Assembly: GCA_001599295.1 (NCBI GenBank)
Contig: BCGN01000005.1
Span: forward strand, 806,001-870,000
DNA from: Sporopachydermia quercuum
Taxonomy: Eukaryota
Direction: 5' to 3'
DNA length: 64,000 nucleotides
Numbering within the stretch: position 1 is the first letter of the stretch; the number at the start of each line of letters is the position of its first letter. This document shows positions 12,655 through 24,900 of this stretch, piece by piece. The notes below the pieces were generated by a model. It worked only from the letters and a program-made list of their open reading frames with translations. It was not told the origin of the DNA and did no database searches. The translations under genes were made by a program, and so were the position numbers.

Positions 12655-13908
12655 ATGCCTGATGTTTATGAGTTATCTGATGGCGTAGCATCAGAGTCTG
12701 ATGATGATTTGATCGTTGTTGCAAGTGGTCCTTCATCAGATGTAATCCAACTCAGTGACACGGAACCCACAGGTGTATCTGCTAGTGAGGCGATTGATGT
12801 TGATTCGTTCATTCCAAGTGCATCTCCACAAGTGGCAGAATCACAATCACGCAATGGCAGGAATACTAGAAGGCGAAGAGGACNATCGCTTACCTATATG
12901 CCTTCACCTGATTCTGTTAGCATTCATAATCATGAAGAATTGCATAGAATCCAACATATGAATCATCACAATCAACATCAACCACAATACCAGCATGGCC
13001 ATAATGAAATTAACTTGCATACACCCACGGGGGCTATATCGTTCTTCTTGGAACAGGCTGATTACCCTCCATTGTCGAATTGGCGGCTACACCAAAATGT
13101 AAGAGGAATTCGACCGGACGGTATTAGTTTTGATAATAGTGGAGGACCTAGACAACGTTGGCGTGTAGGCAGAGGAGGAGTCAATAGTAGAAGAGGGAAT
13201 TCAGCAAGATCTCGTGGTGGAAGCCTTTCGTCTGCATTTGGATTTCAAGAGCTTCTCAATCTATACACTCAGAACCTTTTTGGAGCAACTTCGGAAGAGT
13301 CTTTTGGCTTTCAGACACCTGAGACTGTAGAGCAAGTTAACAATCAAAACGAAGTCTTCAAAGAAACGAGAAATGAATTAGAACATAGACAACCAAAGAG
13401 AGAAGGCTATATAGATGAGATCTCATCTGGTGATAATTTAGTATGTGTTTTATGTGGTTTAGAACTTGGGAACGGAATTCCTGAGACTCCAGATTATAGC
13501 AGTGAAGAAATGGATGAGCAAAAAATAGCAGAAATTAAGGATGCTCGAGAAGGAACGAGCTCAGATTTATCAATCAAGTACCGGAGACCGTTTAGTAAAG
13601 ATGAAATACAAACCAGCAAACATGTTTTCTTTGCAAAATGCGGCCATGTATACTGTGGGTTGTGTTTTCAGAATATATGTAAATCAGGCTGCACTAGACC
13701 TCGGAAAAGAAAGAAAGTCAACATTGATGTAGAGAAGAAAGGTACCAGTGATAGGGCATTTGACGCACTATGTGTTCCGGAGTGTTCCAAGCTTGGTCAA
13801 AAGGATCATTGGTGTTTTCCTATCAAATGTGTTGTTCCAGGTTGTAGCCAAGTTTTCAAACAAAAGAATATCAAACCAGCACGTGTTTTCTCAGAATTAT
13901 ATTTTTGA
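12655..13908 (+). CDS. SLX5: SUMO-targeted ubiquitin ligase subunit, RING finger
   Basis: N-terminal SIM-like motifs (DDDLIVV, DVIQLSD, EAIDVD). Split RING CVLCGLELGNGIP...FFAKCGHVYCGLC...C resembles the Slx5 RING. Confidence 0.75.
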   Translation: MPDVYELSDGVASESDDDLIVVASGPSSDVIQLSDTEPTGVSASEAIDVDSFIPSASPQVAESQSRNGRNTRRRRGXSLTYMPSPDSVSIHNHEELHRIQHMNHHNQHQPQYQHGHNEINLHTPTGAISFFLEQADYPPLSNWRLHQNVRGIRPDGISFDNSGGPRQRWRVGRGGVNSRRGNSARSRGGSLSSAFGFQELLNLYTQNLFGATSEESFGFQTPETVEQVNNQNEVFKETRNELEHRQPKREGYIDEISSGDNLVCVLCGLELGNGIPETPDYSSEEMDEQKIAEIKDAREGTSSDLSIKYRRPFSKDEIQTSKHVFFAKCGHVYCGLCFQNICKSGCTRPRKRKKVNIDVEKKGTSDRAFDALCVPECSKLGQKDHWCFPIKCVVPGCSQVFKQKNIKPARVFSELYF

Positions 13909-14332
13909 TAAATGGTTCAATCAATGGCTGAGAAAAATGGGCAAGAAAGATTGTAATAGAGAATATTCATGTTTATCTATGCTTTATATATATGCTTGTG
14001 GGAAGTAAATTTTATGGGGAATTAGTAAGGCTGACAGGTAAGTCATAGGGATGGTTCAAAACATGTATAGTATATGATATTATAGAAAGTAATTATATCA
14101 CTTATAGTTACATTATTTATTTCATCATGTTGATTTGTATTAATTAGGTAATATTGAAATGGGCTAAATAAGATAAAGTCATTAATTGAACTCTTGTATC
14201 ATTAAAAGAGTACAGGGTATATATGTATATAGATTCGTTAATATTGCTGGAGTCCAAAACTCTCAGACTTCAGATGCATGTATTTACATCCTTATTGAAG
14301 CACACGATCATTAACTGGAGTGAATTCACTAA

Positions 14333-15439
14333 TCATCGTAAATGACTTGAGTAATTACCATCGCTTGGTCGCCTCCATTTTCTGTTATATTCATCTATCA
14401 ACGAATCTTCATAAATATGAGATATACTCACATTTTCAGCTTTCTCTTCTTTTCTATATGATTTGCATGAAGTATTCGATTTCTTCGCCTTCTCCTCATT
14501 TGTATTTGCACTGGACTCTTCAACCGCATTCTCAGTTTTCATATGTGGGCCGAAAACTTGCGATACATGAGAATTAACAAATAAGGTCTCCAAAGGGCAA
14601 AACACTAATTGAATAGTATTATATAGATAGTATCTTTTTCTTATTCTCAAAAACTTCAAGTGGACAACATCAAGTAAAGACCCATTGTTCGCTGCATGAA
14701 TTGATTGTCTGAGAAATGTTTTAGATCCATCAGCAAGATTATATAGATCATATGATATAAAAATACATCTGAACTTCTTTCTATCATGATTTGAAATATT
14801 CATTTGTAGTATTCCTTTAGAAGGTATCCTCAATCCAGGGTTAAACATGCCGGCATTCACACCGTTATTATTATTGCTGGAACTTGTCTTCTTTGCTTTC
14901 TCCTGGTAATAACTATCAATATTTATCTCACCAACATAAGGAGGGGGAACTTGTGAGGTCACCAAATGAGGATAATAAACAGCGTTGAAACAAATGCTTA
15001 TGTGAGCAGATAAGACAGCAGCAGTTTTACTGGGTCCAGTTTGTTTTATTAGTAAGCGTTTCGAGTTTTGAATAGATTTGTGTCTTGTATCCCATACTTG
15101 AAGTTTTGTCTCAAATTGTATGGGATCCGAAGGAGGTTCAGCTGTTCTTCCAGTCAACAATGCTTCTTCATATGAACCAGCAAGAGATGTTGCTCTCTTA
15201 TGAGATTTTGCTGGAAATGATACTAAAGGAGACGAAGAAGATGATGATGAGGATGAAGCAAGATTCGGTAGAGGCCCTATGGACAACCCGCCAGTTACAC
15301 TGGATAATTGCTCAATTGAACTCCTCTGTTGATTTGCGTTTGTTTCTTCTTCCTTTTCTAAATCTTCAGGACTGAAAACCGTACACAAGGACGATCGTCT
15401 TCTTGGGGTACTTTTATGAAGAGAATACGTAATAGGCAT
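14333..15439 (-). CDS. ATOS/FAM214-like protein (DUF4210 plus C-terminal chromosome-segregation-type domain)
   Basis: LAGSYEEALLTGR, PYVGEI, GLRIPSKGILQM.ISN, YDL..L..GSKTFLRQ, HLKF, RYYLYNTIQLVF. Confidence 0.8.
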   Translation of the reverse strand: MPITYSLHKSTPRRRSSLCTVFSPEDLEKEEETNANQQRSSIEQLSSVTGGLSIGPLPNLASSSSSSSSSPLVSFPAKSHKRATSLAGSYEEALLTGRTAEPPSDPIQFETKLQVWDTRHKSIQNSKRLLIKQTGPSKTAAVLSAHISICFNAVYYPHLVTSQVPPPYVGEINIDSYYQEKAKKTSSSNNNNGVNAGMFNPGLRIPSKGILQMNISNHDRKKFRCIFISYDLYNLADGSKTFLRQSIHAANNGSLLDVVHLKFLRIRKRYYLYNTIQLVFCPLETLFVNSHVSQVFGPHMKTENAVEESSANTNEEKAKKSNTSCKSYRKEEKAENVSISHIYEDSLIDEYNRKWRRPSDGNYSSHLR

Positions 15440-15735
15440 TCTTGATAATCTTTTGAAAGATGTATGTCATCTATAGCTAGCCCAGCAGATAGATAGATAG
15501 CTTTCACTTGATAGGATCGATACTAATAGAATTTCCGGCGCAAATATCATCGTAACAGATGCAATATTCAGCTCTGCTTATACGCTTATCATTCATAACC
15601 ATAACAATAATAACAAATGACATAAAGTCATCTCAGCATGTAAAGAGAAGACAAATTTCAAGAATTCAAAACAACATATAAGCTGTGATCATAGAAGAGT
15701 CATACACACAGGACATACTTCCTCTAATAAGGAAA

Positions 15736-15771
15736 AACCCTTATCAATAGGGTTAGGGAGCTTACGGGTAA
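15736..15771. promoter_or_regulatory. Tbf1/telobox-like (TAGGGTTAGGG, AACCCT) and Reb1-like (CGGGTAA) sites in a divergent promoter
   Basis: AACCCT 15736-15741, TAGGGTTAGGG 15748-15758, CGGGTAA 15765-15771. Confidence 0.45.
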
Positions 15772-16981
15772 TGAGCCGTTATGTAGAACATGTAACAACA
15801 TATGTTTACATGGAAGGGATTGGGGATGAGTGAAATCATGCATAGAGATGCATACAGACTATTGAGCTGATAGAAATTGTTGGCAAAGTGGTCTGAATTC
15901 AAATGATTGTAGCTGTAGATAGCGGATAACTTGAAAGAGAGAGAGATAATAAGAAAATTATTGGTATTTGGACGTAGCGTTTTTCATTTTCATTTTTATT
16001 TTTTTACTTTTTCTTTTATTTCTGGAAAAAAAATTGGGGAATATGAAAAAGCACCGATCAGAAGAGAGTGCTAAGGTGACTGATGAAACAGGCAATGTGT
16101 CAAATGTGATAAAAACATGCATTATACTGCATGATGCTGCATATCAAATCAAGGAACTGCAGTTAGGTTTTTGCTCATCAGTTGAAAGTATAGGGAACCG
16201 TTTCTAAATAGTAAGAAGGCTAATAATGTATTGTTTTATGTTTGAATTCCAAATCATAGCGGAGCCACTAGTTCATGATGAATGCATTATGATTCATTCA
16301 TGCTCGTGAATCTTCGTTTCTTACCTTATAGTCCTTCACCTAAATCTGCGACCATATGCTTCAAACCTTCAAACTACCTCTTAAAACAACTATACTTCAA
16401 ATAAACAAAATCTATTTAAAACTCAAACCATAACTAATTAAAAATAAAGACTAACTCAGGAAGATCAACATCCAGTCATTGCAAAATTGGTATTGCAGTC
16501 TCACTCATCCCTGATTTTATCCTACTTAATCAATCATTCTTCTTATCATATTGTTATATCATATAATCAATAAAACATGAAGCAGTATCCTAAACTTTAT
16601 TTAAATTACTAAATGATAAAACCAGACATGTAAAAAGTCTCGATCAGCCATATTATGATTGTTCCCTGTTTTATGGGCTCCTACTCATCTATTAGTACTT
16701 TGGGGTCAGTAGAAAGTGGATTAAACAAGCTAAATGTAGTTAGTGTTTTTAACGTGTTTCTTTCTGGGGTTTGGATTGTTTGAATAGAATTGTTGAGAAC
16801 ATTTTGGGATTAGAAAATTAGAGACAGTCTAGTCATTGTGATGAGAATAAACTGTGGCATCTGTTGGAAGTACAAAAACTTAACTAGAGGATAAACAAAC
16901 AAGAGAAGAAAGAAAACATCATACCTTCCGGTGAAGTAGATTTCATATTTTGTATTTTATATTTCTGAGTGAGATTAAAAA

Positions 16982-18226
16982 ATGCGAAGTACAAGTATAC
17001 CATTAATAGTGCTGGGCACTATTCTCACAGGATGTTCAAACTCAGTACTTACTAAGTATCAAGATAACATTTGCATAGCAGATTGTGATAGCGATTCACC
17101 TAGAAGATTTCAGCAGCCTTTACTGCAAACGCTACAGATGTTTATAGGTGAAATGGGATGCTTTTTAGTATACTTTCTGCTGAACTATCATAGCATAAGC
17201 AGTTCATGGAGAGAGAGACTTCAATCATATCAACTTATATTCCCTAAATCACCAAAGCAATTAAGCTATGGATCAGATACCAGCTCTACTTTGAATGAAG
17301 TTGAAGATGATAGTTTGGCTTCACCATTGATGTCACCTATGCATGATAATCCACCAGTATCCAAGGCTGACGGTTTGAAGTCACCGACATTTACTCAGAC
17401 ACTTTTGTTGGCTGTTCCTTCAACTTGCGATATCTGCGGCACAACTCTCATGAACATAGGACTTATTTACACACCAGTATCAGTGTATCAGATGACAAGA
17501 GGCTCTTTGGTATTATTTGTTGCTGTATTCTCTGTATTATTTCTTAAGAGGTACGTTTCCTCTCTGGAATGGGCGTCGTTATTGATTGTTACAATTGGTG
17601 TTGCTGTTGTTGGACTCAGCTCAACATCGGATTCCGATTCCGATAATCCATATTTGTATTCTGGATTGCTAGTATTTATGGGTATTTGTTTTATTACATT
17701 TGGTCAGCTGTTTACTGCCACACAATTTGTAGTTGAAGAACATATTCTGACAATGTTTGAGATGCATCCTTTGAAACTTGTTGGTTGGGAAGGTTTATTT
17801 GGATCTGTTTTGACCTTTGCTGCCATGGTAGTTTTACATATCACCGTGGGATCTAGTGATAAAGGCAGAGGTGGGATGTATGATATGCGTGCTGGTTTAG
17901 TCCAAATGTTCAGTAATACATCAGTGCTATGGACCTCATTGGCCATCATGTTGTCTATTGGTTCATTCAACTTTTTTGGCTTGAGTTTGACTAATAAGCT
18001 ATCTGCAACATCTAGATCTACAGTTGATACATGCAGAACTTTAGCTGTATGGTTGGTCTCATTACTGTTAGGATGGGAAAGCTTCAAATTCTTACAAATG
18101 TTAGGCTTCATGTTATTAGTGTATGGAACCTTAGTGTTCAATGGTGTTGTAGAGGTTCGCTGGTGGCCGTGGAGTAAGTACCATAAGCTGATGGACACCA
18201 TTGACGAACCAATTGAAAGGCAATGA
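16982..18226 (+). CDS. SLC35F6-like / EamA-type nucleotide-sugar transporter family membrane protein
   Basis: TGCSNSVLTKYQD, FQQPLLQTLQMFIGE, PSTCDICGTTLMNIGL, SVYQMTRG, ATQFVVEE, VGWEGLFG and SATSRSTVDTCRT, with about 10 hydrophobic segments. Confidence 0.85.
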   Translation: MRSTSIPLIVLGTILTGCSNSVLTKYQDNICIADCDSDSPRRFQQPLLQTLQMFIGEMGCFLVYFLLNYHSISSSWRERLQSYQLIFPKSPKQLSYGSDTSSTLNEVEDDSLASPLMSPMHDNPPVSKADGLKSPTFTQTLLLAVPSTCDICGTTLMNIGLIYTPVSVYQMTRGSLVLFVAVFSVLFLKRYVSSLEWASLLIVTIGVAVVGLSSTSDSDSDNPYLYSGLLVFMGICFITFGQLFTATQFVVEEHILTMFEMHPLKLVGWEGLFGSVLTFAAMVVLHITVGSSDKGRGGMYDMRAGLVQMFSNTSVLWTSLAIMLSIGSFNFFGLSLTNKLSATSRSTVDTCRTLAVWLVSLLLGWESFKFLQMLGFMLLVYGTLVFNGVVEVRWWPWSKYHKLMDTIDEPIERQ

Positions 18227-18601
18227 ATTTAAGTAGTTGGTAGGAATAATTAATAGTTTTCAGTATTTAATCAGAGTAATAATACCATTAATGATTGTTT
18301 AATTGATTCTATCGCGTATCCTTTGTGATAATGTAACAACCCTTATCAGCAAATCTCAAAAGTAGAAGTAGACCTATTTTAAGACGGAAACTATATTTAA
18401 ATTCGGACAAATCATTTTCTCCGTCTAAGCTGATAGAGGGTAATCAGAGAGATCATTTGATTTATCCCTGACCGTAGCACTCACTACCTTCCATCTTTAT
18501 GACTGCTATCAATTTTGCTCTTATCTATTGTCAAAACCTATCTTCCAAGATATTGTCGTTCGATATTAATTCACACGTTTGATCATCACCAATTGATAAC
18601 A

Positions 18602-19257
18602 ATGGATAATAAACTATTCAGGTTCAATTTCCCTCTACCATCATCCGCTACTTTGCGGTCGACCGGAGTATACCTGTCAGGAGCTCTTGTATGTGATGTG
18701 AAAATCATAGAATGATTGCACTTAATAATTCATTAAACTAATAACTAACATAATTTACAATTAACAGTATGCTGCTGGATTTTGGGTATTTCTCGATGCA
18801 GCCATTTACTCTAAAACCATAAATGCTTCGACGGTTCATGTGACATTTGTAGATTGGATTCCTGCTCTATGCTCTTCACTGGGAATGTTGGTGTAAGTGT
18901 TAAATGGTGATTGTCTACAGAATAAAGAATCGGAAATAGGGAAACTAACAGAAAACAATTAGTGTCAATTCCATTGAGAAATCACGCCTTTTGAATGACG
19001 TTTTATCACCCAGTGGATCATCAAATTCTTGGAAAGCTCGTCTTGTTTTATTTATAGGATTTGCCCTATTGGCTGGAGGTGTTGCTGGCTCAATCGTTGT
19101 GCTCATTCTTAAGTTTCTACAGCCACATTATGTATTCCCAACACTATGGATGGGAGTAGCAAATGTTATTGCAAATGGGTTAATTATGCTGAGTTGTATT
19201 GTTCTTTGGGTCGCGCAGAATGTTGAAGACGAATACAGCTACTCTTTGGCTTTATAA
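18602..19257 (+). CDS. VPS68: Vacuolar protein sorting protein 68 (TMEM50 family), 168 aa, three exons (18602-18688, 18768-18892, 18963-19257)
   Basis: Introns GTATGT..ACTAAC..CAG and GTAAGT..ACTAAC..TAG join GVYLSGALYAAGFWVFLDAAIYS...HVTFVDWIPALCSSLGMLVVNSIEKSRL...ARLVLFIGFALLAGG...EDEYSYSLAL in one frame. Confidence 0.93.
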
Positions 19258-20109
19258 CCAAAAAGATCTCATTACTCTAATACATCTCAGCTCCAACTAT
19301 TATAATTTGTATCTTGGCTCTGTACATGTAGAATTGTTTCTCTAGAGACTTTTCCTGAGAATCTATGCATGCATGTTTATGCACAATAGATGCACTGTTA
19401 TGCTCACATAAATTAAAGTTGTCGAAGTAAATCTTATATAATTAGTTCTCCCAAATTGCAAACTCTTGCATATTTTAGCAGAATGTTAACTTGATTATTA
19501 AATGGTTATACGAATTAACAGTAAAGGGTTTAAGGTAAAAGGTATATTTGGATTTAAAGAATTCTAAATGACAGCTCTCAAATATATAAATACGTTAAAA
19601 GTTTTGTTTCTGAAATATCTTATTTTGAAATGAGTGCTGGGTTTATTGGACAAATAGTTAGGAACTATGAGCAGAATGATAGGAACACTGATTCATAATT
19701 TGATTCATTGCAAATATTCAAATCAGTTGTTAACAGTTCTCAAAAGAGAGACCATATTGTTTTCTGATAACATAAGAGTATTGTGAAAAGTCGAAATAGA
19801 AATAGCATTGAGACTTTTCATTGTATTAGAATCTCGCTAATGGGGTTACCAAATATTTAAGTGCCAATCCGGAATTTATATTGAAGTACGGACTGAACGT
19901 TTCATTTGATTCGCTGCTTCGTGGAAATGACTTACTTGTAAGGTAAAAGCTTAGGTAGAAGGATTACGTGAGTATTTTACTTTTTCAACAAGTACTTGTA
20001 GAATGACATTTGAAAGCTGCTAACGTTAAGATCTATTTTATAAACTCATCAATGATTTTATCGCATTGTTCAGTTGGTCTCAATTGTAAATGATGAGATA
20101 AGCGAATTC

Positions 20110-20115
20110 CACGTG
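20110..20115. promoter_or_regulatory. E-box CACGTG (candidate Pho4 site) upstream of PHO81
   Basis: ttcCACGTGtc. Additional AACGTG (CACGTT on the minus strand) at 21295-21300 and AACGTn at 21270-21275. Confidence 0.4.
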
Positions 20116-21996
20116 TCGCAGTTCCTTGCCATTTCTGACTAGAGATACTATTTTTTTTGGATCACATATTATCGAAATTTAAAGCATGTATTCTGAGAAT
20201 GTTAACCCATTTTTTTGGACAATGACAGACTAAAAAATCTACGAAACGGTTGTCCCTGTGAAATTCTACAATCAATTTTAGGTGTGAAGAAGCTTTGAAG
20301 TATCTCTAGAAAAAGATATTTAAATCGGCTGTATAGCTAAAGATTTAACGAAAACTTTTCACTGCACCACTAGAATCGTTGTTGCATTAAAGCTTCGATT
20401 CTAGTTACACTTCTTTGTATCTGATTTTCTGCTCCCATACTTTCGGAACTGGCATGCTGAATTATGAATCCTTCAATAATTGCTTTGTTTCTGTATTTTT
20501 CACAAATGCCCAGCTGGGTCGTAAGTTTCTTGGTTACATTCCATGCCAGTATTCTCTGTTCAATTGTCAATTAAGAGTATGGCGAATTTACTGGAGAACC
20601 TTACTTAGAAATGTGTACAAAGGCCTTTTTTATAACAACTAGATTAAACAAAATACAAACAACTTCAATTTAAAGCATCTGCATTTTTTCTGTTTTTAAG
20701 ATCTCATTTTGCTTTGATTCATTTACATTGTCATAGCTTCTATCTTCTTAGTCTACTCTATTTACCATTGGTATTTACATTTTTATATGGGCCNTTGTGA
20801 TTTAAACTTTAGTTATTCCAAATAAGGCAAGCGAATATTTAGGTTTAAACGAAAATTATATAAACTTTCCAGCTATAGCTACTACCATCTGGACAGGTAA
20901 GAATACTCCTCTGAGAATCCTCCCAAAAGGGCTATAAAATAATGCTCCATTACCGAGTCCACTGGACTATACATATATGTACCGGGTGGTTTATTCTGGT
21001 GGAGATATTAGGCGTTTTCTCAGCATTCAGTCTCCTTTTCAGAATAATGTCGGAGGCTCCAACCTTGATTTCCCTGCACTTCTTCATCGTCCTGTATTCT
21101 CTTTTCACAAAACACAATGTAAGCAAATAAAGTCTTTATATGATACTCCCATAGTTATTTCTCCAGCTCAATTGCCATTTTCTCTCCGGTCTCCAATTTG
21201 AAANATTAATTCTCCTTCCAAAACCATCTTCCCAGCTTCCATTCATCAAACCTTCTCATGTCCAACCTTAACGTNCTGCGTTCCTCATACAGAAAACGTG
21301 TGGTAATAGGGTTCAATTTTTCCAACCTTAATCTCACTTTCATACATCAAAGGGCACCAAGAGGGTAAGTTCGCGAGACTTATTCATCGTTGGACANAAA
21401 TGTGTTCCCCTTGCTAATAATTATTATAGAAGCACTCGCATTATGGTATTAACGGTTCTCGTTTACTTCTCTGATCTTCTCGGTAACCATGTGGAAAATC
21501 TCATGGGTTACTAGAACGAAGCTTGTATGCTTGTATAATATATGTTGTGCTTTCTCTGAAGTTCTTTATATATGTTCCATCAGTGATCATTCCATGTGCA
21601 ACAAAGGTACTCACTTTATTACCTATATAATACAGTTGGTTATCTTGTAGAAAGAATCAGATAAGAACATTTGATAACTGCAGTCAAATCAATTAGGGGA
21701 ACATAGTAGAAATTTTCATAGTAGAACTGAAAGTAACAGTATATTTGACTGTTCTGACTTATTCAGTAATTGGATTTGTGTGTTAATATCTCTGGAGGTT
21801 GCTAGTATTTGAAGTGTAAGGTATCGAGGGAAGTGTTACATCTCTCTTTGATCAAATTGGTTCAAACGCCAAAGTGTGTTTGTGAATGAAATAGCAGAAG
21901 TACGAATATCCTCTGCGAACCATTGAGAAGTCAAGTCAATCTGCTGTTGTTATATTATATTCAGTTTTATTATTTTGTGAATAATTCTTATTCAAA

Positions 21997-24900
21997 ATGT
22001 ATGTAATGGGGTTTTCATTTCGGATTGGTTGTAATTTGTTTGATGNAATGGCATTTGATAATTAAGACCAGTTGACACCGGGACACGGATCAATCAACAA
22101 AGAAATAAGAAAACGGAAAAGCCAACACTAACATGCTATTTTTAATAGGAAATTTGGGAAATATCTAGCAGCACGAATGCTGGATCTTCCAGAGTATTCG
22201 TCATATTTCATTGATTATAAAGCATTAAAAAAGGTATGTAAAGATGCAATCCTTTTATTAGGAGTTGTCAATTACTAACAAACTTTCTATCAGCTGATAA
22301 AATCATTATCAAAACCAAATGGATCAAACCCCCAGGAAGTTGAAATTGCCTTACAGGAAAATAAAGCAACGTTTTTCTTTCGATTGGAAAGAGAGTTGGA
22401 AAAAGTAAATAACTTCTATTTAGAAAAGGAAGCGTCATTAAAAGTACGACTAGACATTTTGGTGAAAAAGAAACAGGAAGCACTAAAAACTGGTAGACTA
22501 AATTCTCGTAACAGCGTTGCATATGTTTCATTATATGAGGGATTTCAAAGGTTCAGAAGAGATTTGGATAAGTTTGAACAGTACATTGAATTAAACGAAA
22601 CAGGATTTTCCAAAGTGTTGAAAAAATGGGATAAACGATCAAAATCCCAAACTAAAGAATTATATTTATCCACAGCTGTTGAAGTTCAACCAGTTTTCCA
22701 TCGGGAGGAAATTTCTGAATTGTCTGATGTCACTGCTTCAGCAATCCTTCATTTAGAAACNCTAGTTGAAGGAGGCATTATTTATGACACACCAGATAAA
22801 ACAAGCAGTAAGAATTCGGATATTGGCTCTGAACAGAAAATTACTAATGATAGAGGAAATGTCGCAAATTTTCATGAACAGTCAAGAGAACAATCAGTGG
22901 GTCCGCATATAAGTCCTTCAATGGCAAATACGGAATCAGCGATGTTCCTAGCTTCTTCTGATGATAGAGCCACTGATGATTTATACTATGAATTTGTTAA
23001 AACAGCTTCTTCGGCAACTTCTGTTGAAAACGATTGGAATGATTGGATTAATAAACTGCGCCATATGCCTGATGCNAAATCGCGTATGTCGAAGATCTTT
23101 CTTTTATCGATTTCGTCAGAGGCTTCCGATAATGCGTTATTAGCTCTTTATTCTTCAGGATATGTTGATTTAAATACGGTGGACGAATTGTCAGGACAAA
23201 ACTGTTTACATGCTTGTGCTGCAGCTGTTTTACAGAAAATTTCAGTTTCAGAAAATCAATCATATCCAAGGAAGGCTATTATTTCTCTTGCTTTGTCGGC
23301 TAAAGTTGATGTTACTAAGAAAGATTCTTCTGGAAGAACTCCTTTACACTATGCTTGCATGAACAATAAACGATACTTGATCAATCTATTTATTGATGCA
23401 GGAGCCCCAGTGAATTGTTTTGATAAGGACAACTTTTCTCCAGTGTTATATTCCATCCGATTCAACTATGCTGACTGTGTTAAAGATCTAATACATAAAG
23501 GAGCTTCAATTGAACCAAGAACAGAAAATGATTATATTCCATTAACGTTTGCTTGCTACTTTGGCTCATTAGAATCAGCAGAAATCATTCTTAACAAAGG
23601 GACTGAGCTTGATTCTTTCCCTATTTTACCCGACGCTGAGGGTTTATATCCAATACACGTAGTTGCTCGCAATGGACATTCAAAGCTTGTTAGACTACTC
23701 CGGGAAGCCAATCACGATATAAATAAAATGGATAAACTGAACTACTGGACACCCTTGTTCTATGCAGCATCTGAAGGTCATTTGGAAACAGTACGTGAAT
23801 TATTGGCCTGCGGTGCTAATCCTACTATTGTTGATGACAAGGGAAAGCTAGCCTCTTACTATGCTTCTTGGGAAGGCCATTTAGACTGCTTAACACTTAT
23901 ATCCGATGCTATCAACGAAGTAATTAGAACCAATAGTNCTATGGTAACTACTACAAGTCCTGGTTCCAACTCAGTCTCAAATTCCAACTCACAACGGTAT
24001 CAGCAAAAGACTCAGAATAGAAAATCAGCTATTACCGGTCCCGAATTCACTTCAGACTCATCAGGTGATCTTCTCCAAGCTCAATCACAAAATACCGAAT
24101 CAGCCTTCATTCTAGACTCCCAATTCAAACATGTAACATTAACATCCAAAACCAATGATTCTGGTATGCTATCGGATGTTTCCGACATTGAAGTGATCCC
24201 TGACTTGGAGCTTCCACCACCGATTATTCCATTACGAAGATATGGTCATAGCTTTTTAGAAAAGAAGATCTTCGTCCAGCTTATTTTCGCCCCGGGGCTC
24301 CATTCTGTTAACTTCTTTGGCTCTCAAACTGGGTCCCAAGCAGGTTTAGGCTTACCTACAGCTCATGAGTTCACTGGGAGAACTACCATCTCATCCCGTG
24401 GGTCNGATATAATTCCTAGGAATATAATGTATCCTTTGAACGATGGCGATCGGGTTGTTTCTTTCCAAGTAGACGATTTGACTGAGTTCAGTATTGATTT
24501 TGAATTCTTTCCTATATTTGGTACTAGAATGATCGCTAAGGCAACGGCACTTCCACATTTGTTCAATAGCAGCTCCTCAGGCGAAAGTGGTAATGGGCTA
24601 ATAGGTTGCAGTTCAACATGTACACTTCCTTTATTTGATATGAGACTCCGGACAGTCGGCCAACTCAAATTTGCTTTACAGGTAGTTCGACCATACGCAG
24701 GAACACCTCTAGAAATCTCTAAATTCGATACCTACTGGAAATCGACCTCTCAATTAGATCCTGTTGGTCCTGTTGGAATCCCACCGACATCCTCAGTTTC
24801 TGTAGTCACATCGACAATAGCCGGACTCATTGGTGGTTCTAGCGTTGGAGCTTCAGCACCAAGTTCAATAATGGATTTAGGATTAGAAGATGGATCAAGT

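Noticed and set aside
15748..15758. CCCTAACCCTA on the minus strand as a telomerase RNA template
   Set aside because: It sits about 310 bp upstream of a minus-strand CDS, leaving no room for a long TER. A Tbf1-type promoter site is simpler.
15757..15765. GGAGCTTAC resembling RNase MRP CR-V
   Set aside because: No matching CR-I (GAAAGTCTCC-like) upstream to form helix P4.
20990..21370. Minus-strand frame interrupted mainly by TGA stops (NUMT or recoding idea)
   Set aside because: Reading TGA as Trp gives no recognisable protein, and TGA is a normal stop in genes here.
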